Positions 1 to 10,910 are shown, counted from the first letter of the stretch. The stretch is 64,000 nt of DNA from Candidatus Bathyarchaeota archaeon (GCA_963771885.1 CAVYVF010000022.1:32001-96000), one strand, 5' to 3'. The notes: generated by a model from the sequence alone, not told the origin. A program made the numbers and translations.

Positions 1-66
1 GGCGTCTACAGGTACAAACTCGGCCCAATACTCGTGACACTAATGAAGGAGTACTTCACGAAATGA
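1..66 (+). CDS. 3' end of a gene truncated by the window edge (possibly another small wHTH protein)
   Basis: Open frame 1 GVYRYKLGPILVTLMKEYFTK*; its TGA overlaps the next ATG (ATGA); resembles the wing+helix tails of the next two ORFs. Confidence 0.5.
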   Translation, partial: GVYRYKLGPILVTLMKEYFTK

Positions 67-317
67 TCGCCAAGAAGCTCGACGAACTAGAGCCAGCGAC
101 GAGCGCCTACAAGATACTCTGCCACCTCGCCTTCAGGGGCAGCGTGTTGAAACCACAGGAGATCGCGCACGAACTAGGCGAGAACGGCTCCACGGTTCGA
201 GCACGTCTAGCAGAACTAAAGAAGCAGGGCCTCGTCGAGTCCAAGCCAGAGGGATACTACTCCATCGTGTCGCCTTATGACATCATCATGAAGCTGTACC
301 GGGACCTCGGCAAGTAG
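63..317 (+). CDS. small winged helix-turn-helix protein
   Basis: 84 aa; PQEIAHELGENGSTVRARLAELKKQGLVES is a typical wHTH. Confidence 0.75.
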   Translation: MIAKKLDELEPATSAYKILCHLAFRGSVLKPQEIAHELGENGSTVRARLAELKKQGLVESKPEGYYSIVSPYDIIMKLYRDLGK

Positions 318-395
318 CCACTTTCAGGCGCCTCTCTCCTCGCATCAGCTAAGTATCGTTTAAAAGTACATGGGAGAAAGTGCACACCGTTAGAA

Positions 396-770
396 ATGTC
401 AGAGAAGCAGCTCGCCGACCTAAGGGATAGGACGGACACACTCCTCAAGCTCCGCAAAGCCCCGAGCCAATTCCAAATACTATTCCACCTCCTCAGTAAT
501 GCCAGAACCATGGCAGTAAAGGAACTCTCTACGGAGCTAAGCCTCACCCCAAAGGCGACCGAGAGAGCCGTCGCGAAGCTACTTGAGAAGAACCTCATAC
601 AACGTAGCCCATTCAAGGAAGGCTGCTACGCCTGCGACGCCAAGCAGATCGTGTTAAGTCTACTCGTCACCGTCTCGGATATGTACGAAGACTATGAGAG
701 GACGCATCCTAGACTAGCGCAGCCTGCTTCTCCCGAATCGGTGGCAGAACCTCCCGCTCTACCCAATTGA
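396..770 (+). CDS. winged helix-turn-helix protein
   Basis: MAVKELSTELSLTPKATERAVAKLLEKNLIQR wHTH; TATA-like TTTAAAA at ~359-365. Confidence 0.7.
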   Translation: MSEKQLADLRDRTDTLLKLRKAPSQFQILFHLLSNARTMAVKELSTELSLTPKATERAVAKLLEKNLIQRSPFKEGCYACDAKQIVLSLLVTVSDMYEDYERTHPRLAQPASPESVAEPPALPN

Positions 771-1191
771 CGCCCTTAGCCGTCAACTTGTAGATGCTCC
801 CCCGCCCCTCGGGGCGGAAGAGGACGCCCTTCTTAACCATCTCGTGCAACCGAGCCGGCACAATTACTTTACGCCCGCTCTCGTTGAGGCACGTCTTCAG
901 CTCCTTCCCCGTAGCCTGATAACCCTTCATCGCGTAGAGCAGGAGACCTATCGCCTCGTAGTGGCTTATCTCCTCCTTACAGACAAGAATAGGGCCGTCC
1001 CTCCTCATATCGACGATGTCCTTAAGATGATCCAGCGCCTGCTTGGTGACCAAGCTGGACACCTTTTCGTTGAGTGTCGTCACATACTCCTGTGTGAGCC
1101 ACTCGAGGCCGCTGAGAAGCTCCTGGGGACTCTCCCCGGTAACCTGTATGTCACCGAACTGAGTCTTCACCGTCAGCGTGATCCTAGGCAA
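709..1191 (-). CDS. hypothetical protein, N-terminal beta-hairpin/helix plus C-terminal wHTH
   Basis: 160 aa; VPARLHEMVKKGVLFRPEGRGSIYKLTAKG wHTH wing; 1 nt from upstream gene. Confidence 0.65.
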   Translation of the reverse strand: MPRITLTVKTQFGDIQVTGESPQELLSGLEWLTQEYVTTLNEKVSSLVTKQALDHLKDIVDMRRDGPILVCKEEISHYEAIGLLLYAMKGYQATGKELKTCLNESGRKVIVPARLHEMVKKGVLFRPEGRGSIYKLTAKGVNWVEREVLPPIREKQAALV

Positions 1192-1192
1192 C

Positions 1193-1636
1193 TCACTTGG
1201 CCTCCTGAGTGTTCATAGTGTACATGTATCCCCTCTTTTTGTCCTTGTATCTTCGGACGGTCCCCTTCTTCACCAACCAGACAAGGACTCCGGAGAGTGT
1301 CGTCTTAGGGAAGAAAACCGCGTTCGCTTCCATCGCCTCCCTGAGCTCAGCTATCGTGCGAGGGGTCTTCCCCCAAGACTCGGAGAGTAGCGAGGTCACC
1401 GCCTCGCTGCACTGCGTCGTCCGAGGGATCTGAGGCAGCGACTCGACCTCGTGATTTTCCACTGACTTCTTCGGGCGCTGCCTTGTGGCAGATGTCTCAG
1501 CGGGGAATGACGCCGAGACCTTCTCGATAATCTTAGGGAGCTCATCGAGCGTCGCGAGAACCTCCGATTTCTCCCCTCCGAGCTCCACCTCCATCTCCCC
1601 TATCCGAACCTTAAGGTGGAAAGGGGGGCGGCTCAT
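1193..1636 (-). CDS. hypothetical protein, N-terminal beta-hairpin/helix plus C-terminal wHTH
   Basis: 147 aa; LKVRIGEMEVELGG N-terminus; TLSGVLVWLVKKGTVRRYKDKKRGYMY wHTH. Confidence 0.65.
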   Translation of the reverse strand: MSRPPFHLKVRIGEMEVELGGEKSEVLATLDELPKIIEKVSASFPAETSATRQRPKKSVENHEVESLPQIPRTTQCSEAVTSLLSESWGKTPRTIAELREAMEANAVFFPKTTLSGVLVWLVKKGTVRRYKDKKRGYMYTMNTQEAK

Positions 1637-1878
1637 TGTCTCACAACTCGTATTAGAATAATATTATAGGGCTTATAACTCTTATCGAATAGGGAATCGG
1701 TGTTTCTACGATTTCGTTGAGTTCATTTATAATGAAAAATTAGCTTAATTTAACGCGTTTCGAGGGTCATTATGCCCCATAATAACAGCTATTGTCCCAT
1801 AAATAATGAATGATGGGGATGATAAGTTCATAATACGTTTTCTAATGTACTAATATTAGGAAAATAGAGAGGGGTTAC
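1637..1878. promoter_or_regulatory. AT-rich intergenic region with several short palindromes
   Basis: Strongly AT-rich against GC-rich coding DNA; palindromes at 1658-1667, 1722-1736, 1769-1783, 1850-1859. Confidence 0.5.
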
Positions 1879-3781
1879 TTAGCTGAGGGTAGCCCTGAGC
1901 TTAGCCGCGATCATCGCCTGTACATCAGCTGCTTTCGCCCTACCCCTGACTTCCCCCATAACCATCCCCATGATTGGCCCCGCCGCCTTCTCACCCATCT
2001 TGGCGACGATGTCCCTGCTCGCCTTTATCTTGGCCTCGACGATCGAGGCGAGTTGAGCCTCGGAGAGGAGACCGATCCCGAGGGCGGAGATAGCCGCCTT
2101 CGCCGGGTTCGCAGGGTTCTTGGCGAGCCACGTCAGCACGGCGGGAACGGACTCTTTCACGAGCTCTCCCGAGGCTACGAGTGCGAACACGTCCCTGAAC
2201 GCGTCGTCACTCAGCGCCTCGATGGGGACGCCATCTCTCTGCAACTTCTTCATCTCCTCAGTCAGCGTCACAGCCACGAGCGTGGTCAACGGATTGTAGT
2301 CTCGTGTGAGCTCTTCGAATAGGCTCATGTACTCCGAGTCAACTATCTGCCTGGCGAGTTTCTCGTTAAGACCGTAGTCTTTCTGGAACCGTTTGAGCTT
2401 GGTCTCAGGCATCTCGGGGAGACGCATCCTCAGTTCTTTGAGGTACTCCTGTGTGATAGTTATCGCCTTGACGTCGGTCTCGGGGTACATCCTAGCCGCC
2501 CCGGGGCGGGGGCGAGTGAAGCGCGTAGTGCCGTCGGGGTTTGCCGAGCGGGTCTCGAGAGGTATGCCAGTTGAAGACGTCCCTTGCCCGCTCCACGACG
2601 GCGGTGAGCGCCCTCTTCGCCTTCCCCGCCTCGTCTGCGACTATGACAACGGCGTCACCCTCGACGGCGCCTACTAGGCTGCGGAGCGCATCGACCTCGG
2701 TTTGCGTGATACTGTAGCCGGGCAGCTCGTCTGTGTGAAAGATGCCCTTGACGCCGCCGCGGAACTTTGCGTGGTCGCTCATCTCGGTGCCGAGGCGCCT
2801 GTTTGGGCAGAGCTCCCTGCCGGTGAGACCGGCGAAGCCTTGTAGCTTAATCGCCTTGACGACTCCGCCCGACTTCAGGGCGGATTTCAGTATCTTGGAC
2901 TCAGTCGCCTTGAATACGGCTGAGACATCTAGCTGCTCGTCGACGATATCGGCGGGCTTGATGCCTCGCTTGACCAGCTCATCCTTGATTTCAAGGAGAC
3001 TCATCTGGCGAATCGCCTCGTACTCGACGATGGTCGGCATCAGGGGCAGGTCTTGAACGCCCTTGATCTCTACGACTTTACCGTTCATTACAGAGACGTT
3101 AACATCTTGGCGGATCGTTCCGAGCCCCCGGCGTACCTTACCCGTTGCACGGAGGATACCGCCGATACGGAGCGCAACCGCCTGCACCTCTGCTGGGTCG
3201 TGCATATCCGGCGCCGTAGCGATCTCCATCAGAGGGATACCGAGGCGATCGAGGCGGTAGCGGACGATGCTCCCCTCCTCTCCAACGTTCCTCGCCGCGT
3301 CCTCCTCGAGGCTGATCTGCTGGATGCCATAGCTCTTGCCATCCACCTCGACAGCTCCGCCGAGGCTGACGACGCATGTACGCTGGAAGCCGCCAGTGTT
3401 GCTGCCGTCGACGACCGTCTTACGCATGACATGAACCTCATCCACGACGCGGCTGCCCACCATCAATGCGAAGCTGAGGGTGAGATCGAGAGTCTCTGGG
3501 TCGAGCGGCCCCGGGGGCTCCTCATCCATCTCGACGAGACAGCTCGTCGCGTGGTCCCCCTCATATTGGATCGTCTTCCCCTTCAGGAACTCGAAGAGTG
3601 CCGCGGGGTCGAACTCACCGAGCTCGCTCTGACTCGGGCGTAGTCTGCGTAAGAACTTGAACTCGGGCTCCGCTTCGCTGAGCATCGGCGGACAGCCGCA
3701 GAAGAGCTTGTGCTGGGTGGCGAGCTCTTGGTGGACCTCGATGCCCACCTTGAGGCCTATCTTCTTGTAGTCGACCATCAA
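1879..3781 (-). CDS. gatE: Glu-tRNA(Gln) amidotransferase subunit E (one frameshift at ~2570)
   Basis: GLKVGIEVHQEL, VDGSNTGGFQRT, RLDRLGIPL, RPRPGAARMYPETD; two ORFs joined by removing one base. Confidence 0.95.
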
Positions 3782-5111
3782 GGCTCCCTCCTAGCGTACG
3801 GCGTCCGGGGGTTATACTCGCCCACGACGTTCGTAAGCAACAGTTTCCTCGCCTCCTCGGTGGTCTTCGTATTGCCGAGACTCCACATCATCTTGACTAA
3901 CGCCGTCTCGGGCAGCATGTCCTCGAGTGGCTCGACGCCACGGCGGGTCAGCTCTCGCCCCATGCTGTAGACGTTCATGTTTACGCGCCCCCAGATGCAC
4001 TGACTGGTCATCCCCATGAGAACGCCTGCCTTGCCGGCGCGCCCTATCGACGTCGTAGAGCATCTCGGAGACGTGACCGAGGCCCGTCCCCTCGAAGACT
4101 ATGCCCCTTGAACCCGGCGTCTATTAGGGAGTCGATTATCAGCGGGTTGAAGCCGGGGTGGAACTTGAGTAAGGCGACCTTCTTCTCGAACTTGTTCATG
4201 ATTACGGGTTCAGAGTCTTGACGCTGGCCTGTAGTGCTCCGCGAGCATCTCGAATTTACCGTCCCTATATCGGGCGATTGGGCTAGCGTTGACAGTCTGG
4301 AAGGCATAGCGGGCGCTGCTGTGGCACTTGCGCACCTTTGCGCCGGGGTGGAAAATGATGGAGTCGTCGCTCGTGCCCTCGTGCATACCGAGCGACGACC
4401 TCAGCGAAGGGCGCGTGCGCCGCCGCGTTCACGACCGCGACGAGGTTGGTCGCCGAGTCGCTGCTGGGGCGATCGCTGCTCCTTGGCTGCCGACGAAAAT
4501 GACGGGTACGGGCAGATTCTGAATAGCGAGGCTCAGTGCCGCAGTGCTGTACCCCATCGTGTCCGTGCCATGGGTGAGACGATGCCATCTAGCGCCCTGC
4601 TTGATCTTCTCCGCGACCCTTTTTGCCATCCCCTCCCAGTGATCCGAGTTGATGTTCTCGCTGAAGACACTGTAGAGGATATCCGCCTCGATCTGGGCTA
4701 TGTCGGCGAGCTCGGGGACGATGCTAAGAGGTCCCGGCTGGACATGGCGGCGTAGACCCCACCGGTGACATAGTCGACTCGGCTCGCGATGGTGCCACCA
4801 GTGCTTATGATGCTGACTTTCGGCAGCCCCTCCTTGACAGGGGGGAGTGGCGGCGGGCGGAACTCGGGTTTTTTCGCCTCGCCGATCTTCTCGACATGCA
4901 GATCATCCGTCTGCGCGATGCCGATGTTATAGCCAGTCTTCTGCTTTATGACGAGGTGCCAGTCGTCTGCGTTCTCGACGCGGGGCAGGAGAGTGCCCTC
5001 GTAGGCGTGTCCTCCCGTGTGGACCCGCACGACATCCCCGACCCCAATCTTCGCCTCTGTGAGGAGCTCCCTGAGCTTCCCCCTGTAGCCGGGTAGAGTC
5101 TCGGCGGTCAT
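3778..5111 (-). CDS. gatD: Glu-tRNA(Gln) amidotransferase subunit D (multiple frameshifts)
   Basis: STGGTIASRVDYVTGG, THGTDTMGY, RSSDRPSSD, MLPETALVKMMW spread over several frames; adjacent to gatE. Confidence 0.9.
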
Positions 5112-5158
5112 TTAGAATCAGGATTTCTACCGCCTCTCTCCGTATTAAGAGATGCGGG

Positions 5159-6734
5159 TCATAGGTGCTTTGAGACGTAGACGCCATCCTTCTCGTAGCC
5201 GAAGCGGGCGTAGTACCGCTTGGTGCCGAGGGCACTCATCACAACCATCTTGCGCATATCGTAGCGCTCGCGTGCGGTCTTCTCCGCCTCAGCCATAAGC
5301 GCCTCACCCCAGCCCCTGTGTTGCCACGCGTCGTTGCGGCGCTCACCCACGGGCACCATACGGCCGTAAACATGTAGCTCACGGATCAATCCTGTATATG
5401 TATCCAGCTCGGGGCGGAACGGGGTATATGGGAATCCTGAGCCTTACGAAGCCGATGAGGGCATCCGACTCCCTGTCCTCAGCCTGTATGAAGTCCTCCG
5501 TACCCCCGGATGCCTCGTAGACTGTGTGGGTGATTTCGACCCTCTTCGGGTCCGCCTTCTTGACCGAGTGACCCGCCTCACTGCACCTTATGCACCTGCA
5601 CTTGCCCCCACACGCCACCAGGCGGTCCTCAGCTAGCTGGCGAAGATTGCTCATGTCGACACCCGCTTCGATCCTGGGGAGGGGGATGTCGCGCTGGACG
5701 CGCATGATGCGAACCCAGGGCGGGGTAATCTCCATGACCTTTGACACAAGCTCCGCCGCGTCCTCAGTGGTCAGCGGGGTGTACTCGCCCCGCTTCCACC
5801 AGTCGTAGAGGCGCGTCCCCTTCACGACGAGAGTCGGGTATATCTTGAGCATGTCTGGCTTGAAGCGCGGGTCCTCGAAGATGGCGTGGAAGCCCTCGAG
5901 GTCTCTCTCGGGGTTTGATCCGGGTAGCCCCGGCATCATGTGGTAGCATATCTTGAGGGCGGAGTCCTTGAGGCGCCTCGTGGCGTCGACAACGGTCTGC
6001 ACTGAGTGACCGCGGTCAACCACGTTGTAGATGTCGTCGTAGACGTTCTGGACGCCCAGCTCGACTCGTGTGACGCCGAGGTCGAGCATCCCGCTGACGT
6101 CCTTCTCCTCGACGCAGTCGGGGCGAGTCTCGACGGTGATGCCGACGTTCCTTAACTTTGACTCCTCGGCGTTGAGCTTCGCCTCCGCGAGGTCTGCCGA
6201 GTGCTTGTCTGTGAGGGCGTCGAGACATCCCTTGACGAAGCCCTCCTGGTACGGACGGGGCGAGGCGGGGAATGTGCCGCCCATCACAATGAGGTCGACC
6301 TTGTCGACGACATGCCCGATGCTCTGGAGCTGCTTGACGCGCGCCTTAACCTGCCTGTAGGGGTCGTACTCATTCTGGGCACCCCGCATGGCGGCGGGCT
6401 CGTACCCAGTGTAGCTTTGTGGGCTGTCCTCGTCAGGTCCCCCGGGGCAGTAGGCGCAGCGCCCGTGCGGGCAAGGATATGGCGCCGTCATCACAGCGAC
6501 GATGCTGACACCGCTGAGGGCACGCGCCTCCTTACGGCGGAGAATAGGGAGGAGCAACTCGGCCTCCTCCTCGGTGAGCGTCGCCAGAACCTCGGAGTTC
6601 CGCGGAATCTGAGGCAGCTCATATGCACGTGCTACCTCTATCTTGACACGGTCAAGGTCAACCCTCGAGGGCTCGTCAATAGTTAGAAGCTTCTCTACGA
6701 TCTCCCTGAGGGCGCGATCCAAAACCGAGTCCAA
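5159..6734 (-). CDS. elp3: tRNA uridine(34) acetyltransferase Elp3, radical SAM + KAT (frameshift at ~5425)
   Basis: CPHGRCAYCPGG, ETRPD, RVQRDIP, IRELHVYG, WQHRGWG. Confidence 0.93.
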
Positions 6735-6750
6735 CTAAGGGATGAGGGGC

Positions 6751-6930
6751 TTAAAAGTTTGGCCTACGGCCACCGCCACGGCGTTCGTCGCGCGGAGCGT
6801 GGACGACTCTCTTCGTGTAGTTGCTCCTCGTCTTCCTCTTGGGGGCGAGGCGGGTCTTGGGCGTTGGCTCGATCTTGGGTGTCTGTGCCCTGACCTTGCC
6901 GGCCTTTGTGAGTGAACCGTGTGTCGGCAT
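6751..6930 (-). CDS. rps30e: 30S ribosomal protein S30e (59 aa, absent from the ORF track)
   Basis: Translated by hand: MPTHGSLTKAGKVRAQTPKIEPTPKTRLAPKRKTRSNYTKRVVH...RRPNF*. Confidence 0.93.
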   Translation of the reverse strand: MPTHGSLTKAGKVRAQTPKIEPTPKTRLAPKRKTRSNYTKRVVHAPRDERRGGGRRPNF

Positions 6931-6974
6931 ACTATTACCGCGTCTTCTGGGAGGGTATTTATCTATAAACCTTT

Positions 6975-7704
6975 CTAGGGTTTGAAAGCGGTGTCATGCC
7001 CAGGTATTACAAGCACGGGTTTGTACCCCGCGATCTTCTTCAGACTATCAACAGCAGTGGCGCCGCTGATGTTCTTCGTCACCACTGAGGGCATCCTCAA
7101 CTCAAGATAGTCCTCCTTCACGATCGCAGCGTCCCCGATACAGGCGACGAGACCCTCAGTCGTCTCGACGAGCGCCGAAATACTTCCCTGCGTGTGTCCA
7201 AAGGTCTCAATCAGTCGCACATTCTTCGTGATCTTCTTCTCACCCCTAAATTTTTGCACATCGAGGATATCGATGAAAGCTTTACGCCATTCGGGCCAGT
7301 ATAGCTCAGCGGCGTAGTCATACTCTGCCTCATGTATGAGGAGGGGTTTACCACGCCACATGTAGTTAGATTCCGTGTGATCGTAGTGGCAGTGCGTGTT
7401 GATGACGATGTCGATATCTGCGGGCTTTAAGCCGAACTCCGCCAAGCGTTTTGGGTAGACACCCGTAACGCCCCAACTGGATGATGCCCGGGTCGATGAG
7501 GATATTCTTACCATCGTCCCTGATCAGGATAGTATTCGTGGAGCCGAGGTTGAACGTGACACCGTTGTACGTCTGCCCGATCGCGGGAGGAGGCATCGGC
7601 GTCAGCGGCCACCTGAAAGTCAGCATCGGGTGCCCCTCACGGACACCGAGACTCATGTAAAAACACTCGAAGAGAACGTCCACCTTCGCCTTCTCGCTGG
7701 ACAT
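6975..7704 (-). CDS. MBL-fold metallo-hydrolase (frameshift at ~7450)
   Basis: ILIDPG, THCHYDH, TFGHTQGS, IGDA, IPGHD. Confidence 0.85.
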
Positions 7705-7740
7705 AGGATGAGGGTGCACTAGGGGTTGAAAACGGTTTCC

Positions 7741-8520
7741 TCAGTGGTCGACGCGTATCATTCTCCCCGAGGCGTCCATGCGCCTCTTCCCGAAGTCGGA
7801 AGCGACCTCGCGCAACTTCGCCGAGTCGAAGATCGGGCCGTCCTTGCAGACCCTGTAAGGGCCGATGGCACAGCTACCGCAAAGCCCCACGGCGCACTTA
7901 CATAGGCGTTCTAGGCTCACCTGAACTGGGATCCCCAGCCTATCGGCATCCGCCCATACTTTCAAAGCCATCAACTCTGGACCGCAGATGTAGACATGAT
8001 CGTAACTATTCTTCGCCAAGAGTTCGCCAGCGTAGTTCGACGCATAGCCATGGTAACCCTCCGAGCCGTCGTCAGTCGAGACCAGCAGGTTCTCCCCGAG
8101 GAGCTTGGTGAGCCTACCCTTGAAGAAAAGTTGATCTTTACTACGTGCCCCGATTAGGAAAGTGGGCTTCACCCCCATCGCTACCAGCTGATCCGCGAGA
8201 GGGGCCAGTGATGCTATTCCGCTCCCGCCCCCGATGAGAAGCGGGCGCTTTCCTAATGCCGTATATCCATTGCCGAATGGGCCACGTACACCCATCTTAT
8301 CACCTGCCTTCAGCTGAGAGAGGATGCGCGTCATATCCCCAACGACCCTGACGGTGATGCTCGACTGGTCGCCTATGGTTGAGAGGCTCATCGGTATCTC
8401 ATCGACGCCGGGGAGCCAAACCATGAGGTACTGCCCCGGTTTTGCACCGGCCACCCCCGAAAAGTATAACGTGGTGACATCAAAGGTCTCCTTGACGACA
8501 CGATCTATCATAATGGTCAT
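7741..8520 (-). CDS. pyrK: dihydroorotate dehydrogenase electron transfer subunit
   Basis: PGQYLMVW, RGPFGNG, CGPELM, CAVGLCGSC, CKDGPIF. Confidence 0.92.
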   Translation of the reverse strand: MTIMIDRVVKETFDVTTLYFSGVAGAKPGQYLMVWLPGVDEIPMSLSTIGDQSSITVRVVGDMTRILSQLKAGDKMGVRGPFGNGYTALGKRPLLIGGGSGIASLAPLADQLVAMGVKPTFLIGARSKDQLFFKGRLTKLLGENLLVSTDDGSEGYHGYASNYAGELLAKNSYDHVYICGPELMALKVWADADRLGIPVQVSLERLCKCAVGLCGSCAIGPYRVCKDGPIFDSAKLREVASDFGKRRMDASGRMIRVDH

Positions 8521-8524
8521 ATTC

Positions 8525-9451
8525 TCAATTCCTATGCGCGAGGCCGACGACCTCCTTGACCGCTGCGAAATCGTTCTCCATCAAATATTTTTCTATGCCC
8601 TCATTTACTTTGCCGTAGACCTCGAAACCCTCGTACATGACGCCTGTACCGATCTCGACGGCCGACGCCCCAGCTAGCATATACTCGATGGCATCTCGCC
8701 AATTTGTCACCCCCCCACAGCCGATTATCGGTATCTTCACCACCTCGGCTATCTCCCAGACGCATCGTAAGGCGACGGACTTTATGGCAGGACCGGATAG
8801 ACCACCCGTCACGTTCATCAATATGGGACACCTAAAGTCCGCGTCTATCGCCATAGCCTTCAGCGTGTTCACAGCGGTGATGGCGTCCGCACCGCCGCGT
8901 TCCGCAGAGACCGCTATGCCCGCAATATCCGTGACGTTCGGGGACAGCTTCACGAATACAGGCGTGGTCGCAACCTCCTTCACAGCCGCAGTGACCCTCT
9001 CGACGCTGACCGCGTCCGCCGCACACATCCCCGGCTCGCCGCCGACGTTAGGGCAGCTCAAGTTTAGCTCAAGCGCGTCCACCCCCGAATTACATAGGGT
9101 CTTGGCGCTGGACTGGAACTCTGCTATTGTTGAGGCGAAAAAGCTCGCAATGACGGGGATGCCCTCGTGCTTAAGCTCGCGCAGCTCGTCGACATATCCA
9201 TCCACCCCAGGGTTAGGGAGTCCCATCGCGTTAAGCACGCCGCCCTCCACCTCGATGAGTGTGGGGTTGATGTGCCCGTTACGGGGGGCGGGTCCGAGGC
9301 TCTTCGTCACAACGGCTCCAGCGCCGGAGTCGTAAACCCGTTTGAGGAGCGACGCAGACATGCCGAGGACGCCCGATGCATTGAGTGTTGGAGAACGAAG
9401 CCGGAGCCCAGCCACTTCTACGGCTAAACTCTTGCCAGCCAAGCCGACCAC
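8525..9451 (-). CDS. pyrD: dihydroorotate dehydrogenase family 1B catalytic subunit
   Basis: NAMGLPNPG, LNLSCPN, VKLSPN, GGLSGPAIK. Confidence 0.95.
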   Translation of the reverse strand: MVGLAGKSLAVEVAGLRLRSPTLNASGVLGMSASLLKRVYDSGAGAVVTKSLGPAPRNGHINPTLIEVEGGVLNAMGLPNPGVDGYVDELRELKHEGIPVIASFFASTIAEFQSSAKTLCNSGVDALELNLSCPNVGGEPGMCAADAVSVERVTAAVKEVATTPVFVKLSPNVTDIAGIAVSAERGGADAITAVNTLKAMAIDADFRCPILMNVTGGLSGPAIKSVALRCVWEIAEVVKIPIIGCGGVTNWRDAIEYMLAGASAVEIGTGVMYEGFEVYGKVNEGIEKYLMENDFAAVKEVVGLAHRN

Positions 9452-9694
9452 TGTAACTTGCCCTTCTCGCAGTTAAAGGTGTCCATAGTAGACACGGTCT
9501 CGAAAGCGCCGTTCCCCCATTTGGACCGATGAGAACGGGCAGACTCGTACTAGTCCATGCGCGCGCGGCGTATACCACGAGATCGTTGTTACAAAACCAG
9601 GTGAGAACATGACGATCTAGATAAACATCAATACCAGCATACGCTGAAGGCCGATAACGTTTAGAAACAAGACGCCGATCACTTCTCCGACAAG

Positions 9695-10858
9695 GTGACT
9701 GGCGTGACAAGAGCCCACATCGAAGAGACTCTCATCGGCGTCTTTGCCCTAGCGGAGAACGGCAGGGTCTTAGAGAAGGCGCTATACCCTAAGGAGCCCG
9801 AGAAGATAACACGCGCCATAATCAGACAGAGAAACGGTGAGATCACTAAGGAAGTCCTCAAGGTTGCAGAGGGCCTAATGAAGAGGGGTTTCGACGCAGT
9901 CACCACCACGAACCCCGAGCTCGCCGAGACGCTACGCACCGAATACACATTCGAGGTCGATGTCATCGACTCCGGCCCCAGTGACGAGCTAAGAGAGGAG
10001 CTCCCCGCCATTGCACAGCAGAACCACCTAGTAAAGGACGAGGACGCCTACTACGAACTCGGCAGGCAGGTCTCGACGCTCCTCACTCGAGGCGCCGTAC
10101 AGGACGCACTCGGTGGCAAGGAAGCCCAGATCACGCAGACGGTACAACTCCTAGGTGAACTCGACACGAGCCTGAATGGACTCAGCAGCCGCGTCAGGGA
10201 GTGGTACGGGCTCCACTACCCCGAGCTCAGCAGGATAATACGCGACCACGAGAAGTACCTCAGGTTCATCGTCGAGGTGGGGGACAGAACGTCCGTTACA
10301 GCAGAGAAGGTAGAGTCTCTCGGTCTCCAGCGCCGCGAGTCAACGGGTATAATCAAGGGCGCCGAGGGCTCCATGGGTGCCCAGCTAAGCCCCGGAGACC
10401 TCGCAGAGCTACAGCGCCTCGCCGGGCAGGTCCTTAGCCTATACATTTACAGGATAAAGCTCACCGAGTACATCTCCGCCATCGCACTGGAGGCGGCGCC
10501 AAACGTCAGCGCACTCGCTGGACCTACCCTCGCCGCTAAGCTCATCGAGAAGGCAGGGGGAATCAGGAGGCTCGCCATGATGCCGTCGAGCAGCCTACAG
10601 ATACTCGGCGCCGAGAAGGCGCTCTTCCGGGCGATTAAAACACATGCTAAGCCTCCGAAACATGGCCTCATCTTCCAGCACCCCTACGTCAACGCCGCGC
10701 CTCGGGGGCTGCGTGGGCTACGCGCCCGCCACCTCGCTGCCAAGCTCAGCATAGCCGCACGCGCCGATGCATTCAGCGGGAACCTCATCGCAGACCAGCT
10801 GAAGAAGGATCTCGACGAGGCAGCCGCCTCCGCTGCCGAGTCAAGGCGTGCTGATTAG
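9695..10858 (+). CDS. nop5: C/D box sRNP protein Nop5 (Nop56/58)
   Basis: REWYGLHYPEL, LQILGAEKALF, PPKHGLIFQHP, KLSIAARAD. Confidence 0.95.
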   Translation: MTGVTRAHIEETLIGVFALAENGRVLEKALYPKEPEKITRAIIRQRNGEITKEVLKVAEGLMKRGFDAVTTTNPELAETLRTEYTFEVDVIDSGPSDELREELPAIAQQNHLVKDEDAYYELGRQVSTLLTRGAVQDALGGKEAQITQTVQLLGELDTSLNGLSSRVREWYGLHYPELSRIIRDHEKYLRFIVEVGDRTSVTAEKVESLGLQRRESTGIIKGAEGSMGAQLSPGDLAELQRLAGQVLSLYIYRIKLTEYISAIALEAAPNVSALAGPTLAAKLIEKAGGIRRLAMMPSSSLQILGAEKALFRAIKTHAKPPKHGLIFQHPYVNAAPRGLRGLRARHLAAKLSIAARADAFSGNLIADQLKKDLDEAAASAAESRRAD

Positions 10859-10910
10859 TCCTGAAAGGTTTAAACATCGGGGCATCTGCGTATTCTTCCG
10901 AGGGGCAAAG

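Noticed and set aside
1637..1878. Replication origin
   Set aside because: No ORB/G-string repeats and no cdc6/orc1 nearby
3778..5111. gatD as a true pseudogene or programmed frameshift gene
   Set aside because: Catalytic motifs are intact in the fragments, the function is essential, and the same indel pattern recurs window-wide, so assembly error is more likely
9279..9710. 143-aa minus-strand ORF across the pyrD-nop5 gap
   Set aside because: Overlaps both flanking genes and has no recognisable motif
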